Below are positions 13,581 through 25,490 of a DNA stretch of 64,000 bases, one piece after another. The position numbers were made by a program, and so were the translations under genes. Every line of letters starts with the position of its first letter. The first letter of the stretch is position 1. The stretch comes from Eledone cirrhosa (Eukaryota): the NCBI GenBank assembly GCA_964016885.1, contig CAXHJY010000194.1:1-64000 (forward strand). The letters run 5' to 3'. The notes beneath the pieces are model-generated. The model had not been told where the DNA came from. It saw nothing but the letters and a program-made list of their open reading frames with translations, and did not search any database.

Positions 13581-13928
13581 ACAGAAACAAAACATAAAAA
13601 CTGACACACTTACGTTCATACATATGCTAAACATAGAAGTACAAACACACACACACTACAATTCCACACACACTGAAAACATTCAATTTAGACTAATCAA
13701 CCATCAAACCTATAAACACAGAGACACACACACAAAAAATGACAAACACATAGATCTTCTAACCCTCCTAACACTACCTTAATTTACATAAAACTATATA
13801 AAACATTTCTACTCTCCACAGGATGCAGTCAGATGAAGCAACTATGCCGAAACTGTCACATAAATTATATACAGAAATATATGTTTTGAAGTGTGTATAT
13901 AATGTATTGTTTTGTCTTCCATCTACAG

Positions 13929-14069
13929 GACCAGTCATGTACACGGAGTAGTCTTATGGCCTTAGCTGTGAAATATGCCGGCGAATTAAATACTCATGTC
14001 GAGGATGTTTTTGATCGACTTGAGGAATTACGTTGGTGGAAAATTACCAAAGATTCGGATAGTTTATCG
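13929..14069 (+). CDS. Internal exon of an unidentified gene (frame 0: DQSCTRSSLMALAVKYAGELNTHVEDVFDRLEELRWWKITKDSDSLS)
   Basis: Acceptor ttgttttgtcttccatctacag ending at 13928, consensus donor GTAAGT at 14070, 141 nt, unique CpG-containing sequence, exactly one fully open frame. Product not recognised. Confidence 0.7.
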
Positions 14070-14256
14070 GTAAGTAACTTATACCTACCTACTTTTCTTT
14101 ATATATACATATATATATATACATACCATACATACATTTATATACCTGCATATGTGTGTGTGTGTTTGTGTGTGTATATATATACCCACGCATGCATATA
14201 TGTATGTGTATATATATATGTGTATGTATGTGTGTATATAAGTATGTATATGTATA

Positions 14257-14308
<52 letters not shown>

Positions 14309-14350
14309 TCGCTTATTTCTACCACCGAAATGCGATTCTCGCTAAATTTA

Positions 14351-14396
<46 letters not shown>

Positions 14397-14461
14397 TATA
14401 TATATATATATATGTTTGTGTGTATTTGTATTTATCTATCTAACAATACATATATCTACAG

Positions 14462-14609
14462 GTATATTCTATATAACTTTGATAACTTCTGGCCAGTATT
14501 GGCCCAGGCCATGTCTAACTTAATAACACCACCTGTCAGCAGTCACTACAGCGAATCAAACTCTCGCTTGAATACAGGCCAAGTGCATTTACTATTACAC
14601 CAACTGGCA
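14462..14609 (+). CDS. Candidate exon (YILYNFDNFWPVLAQAMSNLITPPVSSHYSESNSRLNTGQVHLLLHQLA)
   Basis: Unique sequence between microsatellites, acceptor tatctacag ending at 14461, possible donor gtaata at 14610, one open frame (phase 2 to phase 0). Confidence 0.4.
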
Positions 14610-14921
14610 GTAATATATCTGTCTATTTATCTGTCTGTCTGTCTCTGTCTATCTAGCCATACATATGTCTATAGTTATTTTCTGTGTTTCATCTCTCTCT
14701 CTCTCTATTTAAACATACATATCTGTCTCTTTCTGTGTCTATCTAACAATACATATTTGTCTGTCTCTTTATCTAACCATATATATCTGTTCGTCTGTCT
14801 GTCTCTCTTCATACATATCTATGTTTATCTCTCTCTATTCTCCTTATCTCCCCTCTCCTTCTGTCTTTTAATGTCTTTCGTTTCCTATAATTTTCTGAGA
14901 ATTAGTAATGTCTATTATTCT

Positions 14922-15110
14922 ATTTAGCCATGTGACTATTTAGCAATGTGTCTATTTAACCAATGTGTCTATTTAGCAATGGGTCTATTTAGCCATGTGT
15001 CTATTTAGCAATGGGTCTATTTATCAATGTGTCTATTTAGCAATGGGTCTATTTAGCCAATGTGTCTATTTAGCAATGTGTCTATTTAGCAATGTGTCTA
15101 TTTAGCAGTT
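14922..15110. repeat. 16-bp minisatellite ctatttagcaatgtgt
   Basis: About 11 tandem units read directly. Confidence 0.9.
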
Positions 15111-15559
15111 TGTCAATATCTTTGGATTGTCTGTTTTTAGCTCTATTTGGTATTTGTACATTCCCTCTGAGAAACTCACTACACACTACACACACATCTA
15201 TGTGTATAGAAGGAGCCACATGTGCCCCTTCCCTCCTAGTCACCAATCGACCAACCTTATATATTCTTTGACTTACTCAATATGTGTGTGCGTGTGTATA
15301 ATGTAATAAGTAAATAGACAGGTAAATTTATATGATGTAATTTGTGTCATAGTTGTGTGTGTTCATCAGACCTTCTTATGTTTATATATGGCTGACAGAA
15401 TGACAGAAGGATTGGTGATATGTGATATCTCACACAAGAATTACACTTAATATTATGTGGATATTGTATAAATGGACATATATATATATATAATTTATGT
15501 GTGTGTGTTTTAAATATATTACATGTAGGATTATGCGGTTGCCACTGGAAGTGTATATA

Positions 15560-15760
15560 CACCGGTCTGCTGAAAAGTTCATAGGCTGACCAAGATTTTC
15601 TCACGGAATGATGAAATGAGGTTTATTTTTCAACATAGTCCCTAGAAAAGAACAATACAGTTATTAATAAGAAGAGTTGAAATTAATGATGCATGCAAGA
15701 TTTCACAGCTCTAGCATCACTCCTTTATAGTCAGCTTATGAACTTTTCAGCTGACCCTCG
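15560..15760. mobile_element. Tc1/mariner-type MITE
   Basis: ~31-bp TIRs caccggtctgctgaaaagttcataggctgac / gtcagcttatgaacttttcagctgaccctcg with TA on both sides. Confidence 0.85.
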
Positions 15761-15774
15761 TATGTTGATAGACC

Positions 15775-16430
15775 TTCATCTTTTACAATGACGGGTGCTC
15801 CAGTTGAGATTCAATCAATGGAACTGCTGGCTCGTGTAAGTGACTGAGCATAGCACAGACACATATACCCTTAATGTAATTCTCAGGGAGACTCAGCATG
15901 ACACTGTGTGACATATCTGATAAAAATGAGATGTACCTGTAATTAATGGGGCCAGCTAAGTGGACTGGAGCAACAGGAAATGAAGCATCTTGCTCAAGGA
16001 TACAATGCACTCCTCATTTCAGGAATTGCACATATGCCCTTATGCCCATGAGTAGAATGCCCTAATTATTAAGCTATGTACCTTCATATATATATATATA
16101 TCTCACACATAAAGGGTAAAGACCACTATCAGTCACAAATAACCTTAGGTTTTGCACCTAGAAAATTCCTCTCTGAGACACAAGCCTGGGCATGGTGTTC
16201 TTGTGAAATACCAGCAGTCGCCCATACATACCAGTTACCCCTCTCCATGCCACCAGTCTGATACAATTTGGCACCAGTAGTGCCATAACTCATTACAGCT
16301 GAGTGAACTGGAGCAACATGAAGTAAATTGTTTTGTTCAAGGACACAATGCATTGCTTGGTCTGGGAATCGAACTCACAACCTCACAATTGTGAATCCAA
16401 CTCTCGAATCAGTAAGCCACATGCCTTCAC
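15775..16430 (-). mobile_element. Two adjacent CORE-type SINEs
   Basis: Both contain reverse-complement CORE (cttgctcaaggatacaa / ttgttcaaggacacaa) and tRNA heads; the second matches 1507-1800. Confidence 0.7.
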
Positions 16431-17524
16431 ACACTCATATATATATATGTATACATACATATATATATATATACACAGAGACATAATACAACACTGCTTA
16501 TCACCTTGGACAAAAATACTATAATAAAATGTATAATTTGAATCCAGTACTTTGTCTATCTCTGCATTCATTGCCTATTTCTCACTACCATGCAACATCG
16601 TACACAGTCATCATACAACCGGTCTTTCGTTCATAGAAAGAAGCCTTTTGTTGTCAAAAAAAGTAGTTGCTCCCTGAACATTTTCCATCCTGTCCTTATT
16701 CAAGCCACTATGCTCTCAGAGCACCCTCTTCCACTGTTAATTAGGTCACCTAATTAGTTGAAGCTATCAACCACTTCTTTGGATCCTTCTTGGGATTGGA
16801 AAAGGTTTATTTTACTGATGCTCTAACCACCAACTATCTTTGTACATTTATTATATACAAAGTCTATTTTTCCTTTTAGCCTGTTATCCGACTATACCTC
16901 TTGTGTACCCAAGATTTACATTGTGTATATTGTATACACTTTCTGCCTACTCCTTTTTTATATATCGAGCAAAAACCACTACTAAGCTATCAACTACTCT
17001 AGATTCTTCCCGGGATTGGAAAAGGTTTATTTTGTTGATGTTCTTACTATCAATTATCCATATACATCTATCACATTTGAAGTTTATCTTTCCTGTTAGT
17101 TTGCTTACTATCCCACTACACCTCTTGCATACCCAAGATTTAACTTATGTATAACAAATAGTTTCTTATCTACTCCTTTTCTACATATCAAGTAAAGCCA
17201 CTTATAAAACTGTGGCTTTTGCCAACTTTACTCTCATCCCCTTTGATTTTAGCTCAGTTACCACAGCCAAAATTTCTTCTCTAGTTCTTTCACAGATTCA
17301 GCTATAAGAACTAGATCATCAGCATATAGAAGTTCCTATGGACAGCCATTCTTAAACTCCTCTGTTATGAACAGGAGTGAGCTGAGCACCAAGCTTTGAT
17401 ATACTCTTACCTACACCCTATATTCATCTCTGAACCAACTTCCTACCTTCACTTTACTGACAGCTCCTTTGTACATCGCTTACACTACTCAGACAAGCCT
17501 TTCTTCTACACCTAGTTTCCTTAA

Positions 17525-17741
17525 CCCTTTAGCATTTGCATTACTCTATATTTACTATTGTATTTTCATGATAAAGGCTTTATCTCATATATCTTACATA
17601 ATATCAAATCTATGAGATTTTGATATTATTTATTTTTAGAACAATACCTTAGCATCAGTATGAGCAGCCAATTATGGTCGGTTTGAACAGAAAGAGATGA
17701 AAGAATTCTAGCTGGATACACCCAGTTTAAATGCTAAAGGG
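17525..17741. mobile_element. piggyBac-like MITE (second family)
   Basis: Perfect 13-bp TIRs CCCTTTAGCATTT/AAATGCTAAAGGG with TTAA TSDs at 17521-17524 and 17742-17745; interrupts the LINE WALRKLG motif. Confidence 0.9.
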
Positions 17742-18103
17742 TTAAGGGCCACCTGATGACATATCATGATAATCTGTTAAAGGCCACTTCCGAATCTACT
17801 AAAGATAGTGTGGCTTACATCACGTTAAGAACTTCTCTTGTAGTTGTCTCACTAAGAAGAGGGCACCTATAGTGCTCTTCCCTGACATAAAACCAAACTG
17901 CAACTCATCTAATTTAACTCAAGATACAGTCATCTGATCTGGCTTGTCTCACAACTGGACAACTCAACTAATCCATGCTAGTGTGGAAAAAAGGATTCTA
18001 AATGATGATGATAACACTTTCATTTTGATTACTTGATCCATCAGTTTTATTCCCCTGTAATTGCTCCTTTCTAGTGCATTACTCTTGCAACAGTTAATGA
18101 GTG

Positions 18104-18576
18104 CTAGCAGAAAATCACCCTTTGGGTGGTTTTCTGCTAGCATACGTAGTGTGCATATTGATATTATACACAAGTATATTTGTATGTAGATATGATACAT
18201 CAAATAAAATCGTAATTGACCATATGCACAGACTGTGTTACACTCTCTTCTGCAACCAGTAAAGTAATCCATGATATATTTGAAAAAGACGATGTTATAT
18301 ATAAACTGCATTAGGAAAAAATTAGCGACGGAAATATATGCAATGTTTTTATAAGTGTTATAATATAACTGGAAGTGTTGATATTTGAAAATTTTAAAGA
18401 AGTGAATCTTTAAATATGCAATAAAATATATTTAATCAAGAGTTATGAAATTTAGGACATAAATTATGTAATATTCATTCATTATTTGTTCAAAGTAATC
18501 CAACTTATTTTACAAACGGGGTAAAAAAATATATTCTGGACGCAGTCCCGCACTCCTCCCTTTATTATAGTTAAGA
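18104..18576 (-). mobile_element. Non-autonomous Helitron
   Basis: Minus strand begins TCTTAACTATAATAAA after an A and ends hairpin + CTAG. No TSD; removing it restores host LINE codons DWCSS-T-LINCCK. Confidence 0.7.
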
Positions 18577-18865
18577 TACTGCTGCACCAGTCATTGGGTA
18601 TGGTCCTATCATGTATTACTTGATTGGTTTTGCTGGTTCACCTTACCTAGATTTCAGCATTTCTCTCACTGTCTCTGATGGTCAGTAGCTTTACCATTTT
18701 TCTTCTCCTCGATTGCTTCTTTGACCCTATAATTGTCAATTTTGATAGCTGGCCCCTTGTTGAGTCAGATGGGGGGGGGGGGGGGGGGGTAGTCTCTTTT
18801 TCTCCAACTCATTCTCCACATTTACCACCCTCTCATCATAGCATTTCCAGGCCTCTTTCTTTTGA

Positions 18866-19340
18866 GCATCATCATCATCATCATCATCAGGTCGAGTTTG
18901 CTCGGCTTTCTACGACACACTTCCTCCATCCATCTCTCTCTCATAGCGTTTGCCAGTTCTTCCGCAGTGCATCCAGCATCGTCCTCAAGTTGCTTGACGT
19001 ATGTCTTCTTGGGACAACCAGCGTTTCCTACTCCATGAGATGGACTCCATAACAACACATCACCTATTTCTTCCTTGCTGCGCCAACAGTGGCCAGCAAA
19101 TCTGAGTCTCTGTCCACGTATTGACCTGTTGATAGGTGGTATATTGCCATAGAGATCCTTATTTGTTGGGTGTTCCCTCCAAGACACGTTTAATGCAGCG
19201 CGGAGCATACGTGTGTATGCCCCGTCTAGCTTTTTCTCCAGTTTCGACATTAGTATCCAAGTGATAGAGCCATAAACAAGCACAGACTCCACAGCAGCTC
19301 TGAAGAAATTCCTTTTCAGATTGGCCGGCAGGTGATGCTA
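18866..19340 (-). mobile_element. RTE-like LINE 3' end, relatively intact
   Basis: ORF 18822-19292: ESVLVYGSITW...LDGAYTRMLR...QRLRFAGHCWR...PKKTYVKQL, ending in a (GAT)n tail. Confidence 0.85.
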
Positions 19341-19666
19341 AATACGCCAGTATCATTAGAACACACTTTTCCCCAACAACATCCAGATTGTCTCTTACAC
19401 ATTACTTTGCGATGTGAAACACCTCACACCTTTGAACCTTACATCACAGGACATTGGCAAACCACTACTTTCACATCTGTCTGTCTGGTGTTAATGGCTC
19501 TAACCATGGTGCTTTTCCACCACCAGGTCATCCTCTGTCTGGCTGGTGCTTTGCTGCAACCACAAGTCTCATTAGTAATATATTACTCTCCAACTAACTA
19601 TATATATATATATATAAAATAAAGTAAAATAAAAAGTCAAATGTTTAAAATTTAGCTTCGTTTATT

Positions 19667-19721
19667 ACTGCTATATATATTTCGGTGACAGCCATCTTTG
19701 GCTGTGACCTCTTCAGGCAGT
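19667..19721 (-). ncRNA. Type-I minimal hammerhead ribozyme (family A, antisense copy)
   Basis: Exact reverse complement of 19803-19857. Confidence 0.85.
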
Positions 19722-19802
19722 CCGAATTAGTGTGGTATAGACAAGTGCATATGTTGTTGAGGTGTATGTACATATGTACTTGTCTATACCACACTAATTC
19801 GG

Positions 19803-19857
19803 ACTGCCTGAAGAGGTCACAGCCAAAGATGGCTGTCACCGAAATATATATAGCAGT
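19803..19857 (+). ncRNA. Type-I minimal hammerhead ribozyme (family A)
   Basis: ACTGC-CUGAAGA-GGTCACAGCCA aaga TGGCTGTCACC-GAAA-T ATAT A-UA-GCAGT. Stems I and II pair, stem III is palindromic, predicted cleavage after 19852. Confidence 0.85.
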
Positions 19858-21196
19858 AATAAACGAAGCTAAATTTTAAACATTTGACTTTTTATTTTAC
19901 TTTATTTTACATTACTCCGGAGTAACCAAACCAACCTGCGCACTTCGTCGAGTTGTCCAGCCTGCATACTGAGGTGTTGGTATACAACCAACATATACTC
20001 AAAATCTCTCTATATATATATATAATGACTGCATCTCAGTTTAGAGAATTGCTCATCCCTTGACCTTTTTCTCATACATGGGTGGCACGAACATGAATTT
20101 TTAATCCTGCCAAGGACTTAGATTCCTTTTTGCCTATGCTACAGTAAAAGAAAAAGGAAAGGCCATGCTCACATGAAAGTTTTTTAGATCAAGTGATGCC
20201 TGTGCTTGAAGCTTTTTTAAGTGAAGAAAGGCCTTGCATTGGAAGAATCCCACTCTCTGAACACTGGTGACAGGTATCTGAAAAGAAGAACAGATCATCA
20301 TCATTGACTGCAATCAAGTCACAGGTTTTACGTCAGGGTTAGTCACAGGTTTTACATCAGGGTTTTCCTTCTAGAATGATGTCCTAACAAGGACCAGTGA
20401 TCTTTCGCTCCCGGTGGGCTAACCATGCACTTGGGCACCAAATTGAGTATTTCCATGTGCCCGCACATATACATACATGCATATATGTGGGGGAGGGGCA
20501 TGTATGTGTGTGTGGATGGGAATATGTCTCTGTGTGTGTTGATTGGCCCATACCCATGATGAGTACATCATTTGGTATGGGATGCTCTCAGATGAGATTT
20601 TGGTTTTGCTTGATTAACAAGTCTGATTAGAAAATTTGGGTTGGAGTCAGGTTGATAACATTAATATAGATCCCAAGCCACCCATCTATGAAACGTTCAT
20701 AACTGAACCTCATCAATAAAAACCTCAATGTGAAACCTCATTTTGTTCTCGATATATATATACTCTGCTATAGAATAGAGTGGTGATATTGGTAGCTTCC
20801 TCAGTAAACCAAGAAACCACTGAATCACCCGGCACACACACACATTAGTGGACTCGTCAATAATGACATAGAACGTTTGTAATTTTTGGAGCCCGGGATT
20901 GGTATGCCATTTATATCGGGATTGTCTGATATATGAACAATTACACAAACTGGGTAATTGTGTTTTAATATATTAAGGGCTAGTTGATTAGTCGTGTGGA
21001 AGTGATTAAAGATAAGGATGTGTTCTTGAATATATTTACATAGTGTGTGTATACACACGTGTGTGTGTGTATGTATGTATGTGTGTATATACACGTGTGT
21101 ATGTATGTGTGTGTGTGTATATATATATATATATACACACATATATACATAGTGTATATACACACATGTGTGCGTATGTATGTGTGTATATATATA

Positions 21197-21640
21197 TTGG
21201 GTTGAGTCATAAATAATTTCCGTTTTTTTTAAAGTAAGCTCTAACTATGCATTTCAAACTTCCAATGTTTTAAACACAACCGGAAATTACCTGATTAGAG
21301 AAAGTCTTCATCGGTCATTCTTATTTTATTAGTGAAAGAGTGTGCATCATATTATAATCTATGATTTCACCACCCCCTAAAATGGAGGAACTGAAAGAAC
21401 ATATTCAACACAAACAATAACAACCACATCAAATCCTGAATAAAGTCAGCATAATTTAGTCTATAAATGTTTGATAATGATTTCAGAAAATATGAAAAAA
21501 AGATATTTTAATTGATTTAAATGAATGTAAAGTGAAATATAGCAATGGCTGGAGTGACATGATGGACATGGTCAAGGAAACCTCAACGATTCAAGCATCT
21601 TCTCATAGATTATTGAATCAAGAAATTATTATATTGAATT
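21197..21640 (+). mobile_element. Mariner 5' remnant
   Basis: TA then TTGGGTTG TIR start (as at 33828), and a decayed transposase start MEELKEHIQH. Confidence 0.55.
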
Positions 21641-21689
21641 TTTTTAAGGCTACTATGATAGTATATATATATAAGATAGGACCCTGATT

Positions 21690-22446
21690 CCTTCAGGGAA
21701 GTGGCCCTGACCAATATGTAGGAAGGGGGTAGGCATAAACTCCATACAATGTACATAATGAAAGACTTTGTAGAAGATGCACAGGGGTAACCGAGGAGAA
21801 GAGAGCCAGTGATGTAAACCTATTCCAGTCACAGGAAGGATCCATAGAAATGGTTGATAGCTTCTGCTATATAAGCGACTTAATTAGCAGTGGAGGATGG
21901 GACTCTGAGAGCATATTAGCTAGAATAAAGATAAGATGGAAAAGGTTTAGAGAGCTACTCCCACTGTTGACCACAAAAGGTTTCTCCCTATGTACAAAGG
22001 GACGACTATATGCCGTCTGTGTGTGAAGTGAGATGCTACATGGTAGTGAAACATGGGCTGTGACTGCGGAGGACACTGTGACATAGAGGAGAGAAATGAA
22101 GCAACCATGTTCCATTGGATGTACAATGTATGTGTGAGAGAGAAGCAGAGCTTGAAGAAGCTGGGTTTAAAAGGAATCTGAGGTGGTGTGCAGGAGAGAA
22201 GACTGTGTTGGTATGGACATGTGATGTGTATGGACAGTGATCACTGGGAAATCCCAGTGGAAGGAAGCTGCAGTAGAGGTAGACAAAGAAAGACCTGGGA
22301 GGAGGTTGTGAGAGCTGGCCTCAAATTACTGAAACTCACAGAGGAGATGATGAAGGAATGTTACAAGTGGAGAGATGCCGTGCTGAGAAGGATCCGTCCA
22401 ACTTATGCAAGCATGGAAAAATGGATGTAAAAATGATGATGATGAT
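21690..22446 (+). mobile_element. RTE LINE 3' end
   Basis: WKRFRELLPLL, MLHGSETWAV, QERRLCWYGHV, RGRQRKTWEE, ending in gcatggaaaaatggatgtaaaa(atg)n. Confidence 0.85.
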
Positions 22447-22478
22447 ATATATATACACACATACATACATATATATAT

Positions 22479-22680
22479 ATATTTATTAAAATAACAGATT
22501 AAAGTTTAAGCAAAGAATCGCGTTGAAGATCCCGTTAAGGGTGAAAGCAGCGATTCTTTGCTTAAACTGTAATCTGTTATTTTAATAAATATTTGCTCTA
22601 GGGTTCTTATATATTTGATATTTTGATATATATTTACCCTTATCAAGTCCTCTTTGGATTTTGGTCTTCACGTTTATTAT
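22479..22680 (+). mobile_element. Fold-back element (family B) with 5'-truncated hammerhead
   Basis: 43-bp inverted arms 22479-22521 and 22550-22592 around TGAAGA-tccc gttaa gggt-GAAA-gca...tgc-UU-aaactg. Confidence 0.65.
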
Positions 22681-22701
22681 TATTACTATATATATATATA
22701 C

Positions 22702-23131
22702 ATTTTGAGTATATGTTGGTTGTATACCAACACCTCAGTATGCAGATTGGAGCACTCGACGAAGTGCGCATGTTGGTTTGGTTACTCCAGAGTAATGTAA
22801 AATAAAATAAAATAAATAAGTCAAATGTTTAAAATTTGGCTTCGTTTATTACTGCTATATATATTTCGGTGACAGCCATCTTTGGCTGTGAACTCTTCAG
22901 GCAGTCCGAATTAGTGTGGTAGAGACGAGTACACATGTTGTTGAGGTGTATAACTTTGTCAATACTCTGATATGCCCAGTTCCTGGTTGGGTTGTTATTT
23001 CACTGAGGAACTGGATGATTCCAGTTCCTCAGTGAAATAACAACCAAAGATGGCTGTCACCGAAATATATATAGCAGTAATAAATGAAGCCATATTTTAA
23101 ACATTTAACTTATTTATTTTATTTTATTTTA
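22702..23131 (-). mobile_element. Second family-A element with compound inversion
   Basis: Reverse-oriented homolog of 19770-20005, then a 26-bp hairpin (22990-23015 / 23020-23045), then an inverted partial copy 23044-23131; (TA)n flanks. Confidence 0.8.
22851..22905 (-). ncRNA. Type-I hammerhead ribozyme (family A)
   Basis: ACTGC-CUGAAGA-gttcacagcca aaga tggctgtcacc-GAAA-tatata-UA-GCAGT on the minus strand. Confidence 0.8.
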
Positions 23132-23339
23132 TATATATATATATATATATATTAACCTGTTGGTTTTCTCGTTGCTTTGGTGTCGTGGCTGGGCCTGCTT
23201 GCCACAGTTTTCAATTTGTCATGCTATCTAACAAATGTTATTAATCTGAGATTCCTCATCGAGTGCTTGGCTGCACATTCCTCATTGTATCTCGTTGGCT
23301 TGGCTACAGCCGAAGCTTCGATTTTACCAAACTTTCATT

Positions 23340-23440
<101 letters not shown>

Positions 23441-23689
23441 TCTCTCTCACACACACATATTACTCTTGATGTTGGTGTTCCTGTTGTTTAGCCCCAGGAC
23501 AGTCAGCAATGTGTTGATATTTGATCTAAGGCATTCTGGCATTCTGATCATCCTGCCATTCAATATATCTGTGCCCTTCCTTTTTTTAGTATGGTAGGGT
23601 CTAATTTGAGATGTATGTGGCTGCTATTTCTAGCATATTTAACAGTGATGTAGTGGCGCACTGTTGTGTGAAGTTCTATGTTTTTACCC

Positions 23690-24355
23690 ATTCATTGCCT
23701 CTGTCTATACACACTTATAAACACATTCACACTTATATACGCACAGATATACACTCTATCTCTCTCTCACTCACACACATTCCCACACACTTATATATAC
23801 AGACACACTCACATGCTCATGCACACACTCACACATGCACTTATACACACATCCACTCAGACACTCACTCATACAAACAGTCACTCATACACTTACACAC
23901 AAACATATATACATCACATCACATTGCTACACATACATCCCATCACACCACAGTTCCACTACCACCTCACCACACCACACACCACCAGACCATATCAACA
24001 CATCACCAACATGCCACCACATTACACCACTCCACTATCATATCATACCAACATACCATCACACCACAACACAAGCGCACCACATCACCAGACATCATGC
24101 CACCACCCTACCTCACAACACATGTCCCTACCATCACACCACCACCATACTACAGCACACCATTACCACCCTACCACACCACACCACACCATACTACACC
24201 ACACTACACCACAGACCACATCACACCACACCACACCATACCGTACCACACCATACCACGCTACCCCACAGACCACATCAAACCACACTACACCACAGAC
24301 CACACCACATCACACCACACCATACCACACATACTACACCACACCGCTACCACTG
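23690..24355. repeat. Degenerate (CA)n/(CACAC/CCA)n low-complexity tract
   Basis: Direct reading; source of the His/Thr-rich ORFs in three frames. Confidence 0.85.
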
Positions 24356-24939
24356 CTCCTCCATTTTTCTGTACAATTTCCTGTAGTCAGGTGACACAGG
24401 AAATTGTACAACCCATGGTCGAGTCTCTCTAAATTGCCCTCATATCCCCCTCTCCCTCCACTAACTATATCACCAGAAATTTAGATTGTTTTGTTTTTGT
24501 TTTTTGATATCTGTTGTTGTATGTGTTGATGGGTGTGTTGTTGTATGTATGTGTGTTGTGTGTTTGTGTGTTGTGTGTTTGTATATGTGAGTTGTATGTA
24601 TGTTGTTTGTGTGTGTATGCTGTATGTATCTGTATGTTGTGTGTATGTGTGCGTGTGTGTGTATGTATGAGTGTGTGTGTTGTGTGTGTTGTTTTGACCT
24701 TGATTAAGCAGACCTATGATCAAAGATAACTTCCTCTATGACCATCCCATTATTTCTGACATAGTTTACCTTGGAATACACTATCCCACATGCCCTATCT
24801 CCATTTTGATGACAAGTAGTGTAATTTGCCTGCTATTTCTAGCAAATCAATCGTTCACATAGTGTGTCTGTCATTGGCTTGTATTGTAGTTGTCTGTACT
24901 GTTGATGATGATGAATCCAGCTCCTTTCAGAAATAGTGA

Positions 24940-25490
24940 TTAATCCTTTCCATACCAAACCACCTGAACTCACCACTGTTTCTAAGATCCTAAAGTGTTT
25001 ATATTTAGCTAAAAACCTTCTGTGATAGTTTTAAGAACCATTGTTATGTTCCACACACCAACTTAATTATTTGATAACCACACCACTTGTAACCACCCCT
25101 GGTTTTAATATCCTAAACTGTTTATTTTAAAGTGTTTATATTTATCTAAAAACCCTCCATAATAATTGTATGTAAAAAAAAACCCTTTGTGTTCCAAACA
25201 CCAGTTTAATAATGAGGAAGTTCATGATATAACTAAATCTCCCTAAATTTTTGATATTCTTAAATATTTTCAAAATGATTTGCAAATTATAGGCAGTGTC
25301 TTTCAATAGAAAGAGTTTAAATGGTTATATTTATTTTAAAATCTTCCATCATAATTTTATGTTAGAACCGTTATGTTTGAAACACCAGCTTAATTATGAG
25401 AAAATACTAAATCCTTCCAATTTTTTTATATTTTCAAAATTATTTGAAAACCATAGACAGTGTTTCATTAGAAATATAGTAAAAAACTTA
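24940..25490. mobile_element. Tandem or partial copies of the piggyBac-like MITE
   Basis: Repeated ataccaaaccacctgaa, ttccaaacaccag and ttttcaaaat motifs shared with 3536-3778. Confidence 0.6.

Larger units (their letters stand above)
16510..18750 (-). mobile_element. Decayed RTE LINE hosting nested MITE and Helitron insertions
   Basis: Minus-strand motifs IPNDWCSS, ERSNYRGIKLMDQVIK, LQFGFMSGKST, ELLYADDLVL and VVDSFN.LGD. Confidence 0.8.
19615..20005 (+). mobile_element. Fold-back hammerhead element (family A), putative Penelope-like pseudo-LTR
   Basis: 140-bp inverted arms 19615-19754 and 19770-19909 with one mismatch and a 15-nt loop, then a unique tail to ~20005, with (TA)n on both flanks. 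Confidence 0.8.

Noticed and set aside
13930-13995. A-to-I recoding of stop codons to open the +1 frame
   Set aside because: It would need three separate stops edited, and nothing in the sequence supports this.
19645-19879. Two near-identical 64-aa ORFs on opposite strands
   Set aside because: By-product of the DNA palindrome; the meaningful signal is the RNA motif.
20730-20830. Hammerhead candidate (minus strand CUGAGGA-gcta..tagc)
   Set aside because: GAAA is missing and stem I is bulged; too degenerate to call.
23611-24432. His/Thr-rich ORFs of 183-273 aa in three frames
   Set aside because: A C/A-rich low-complexity tract lacks stop codons by composition.
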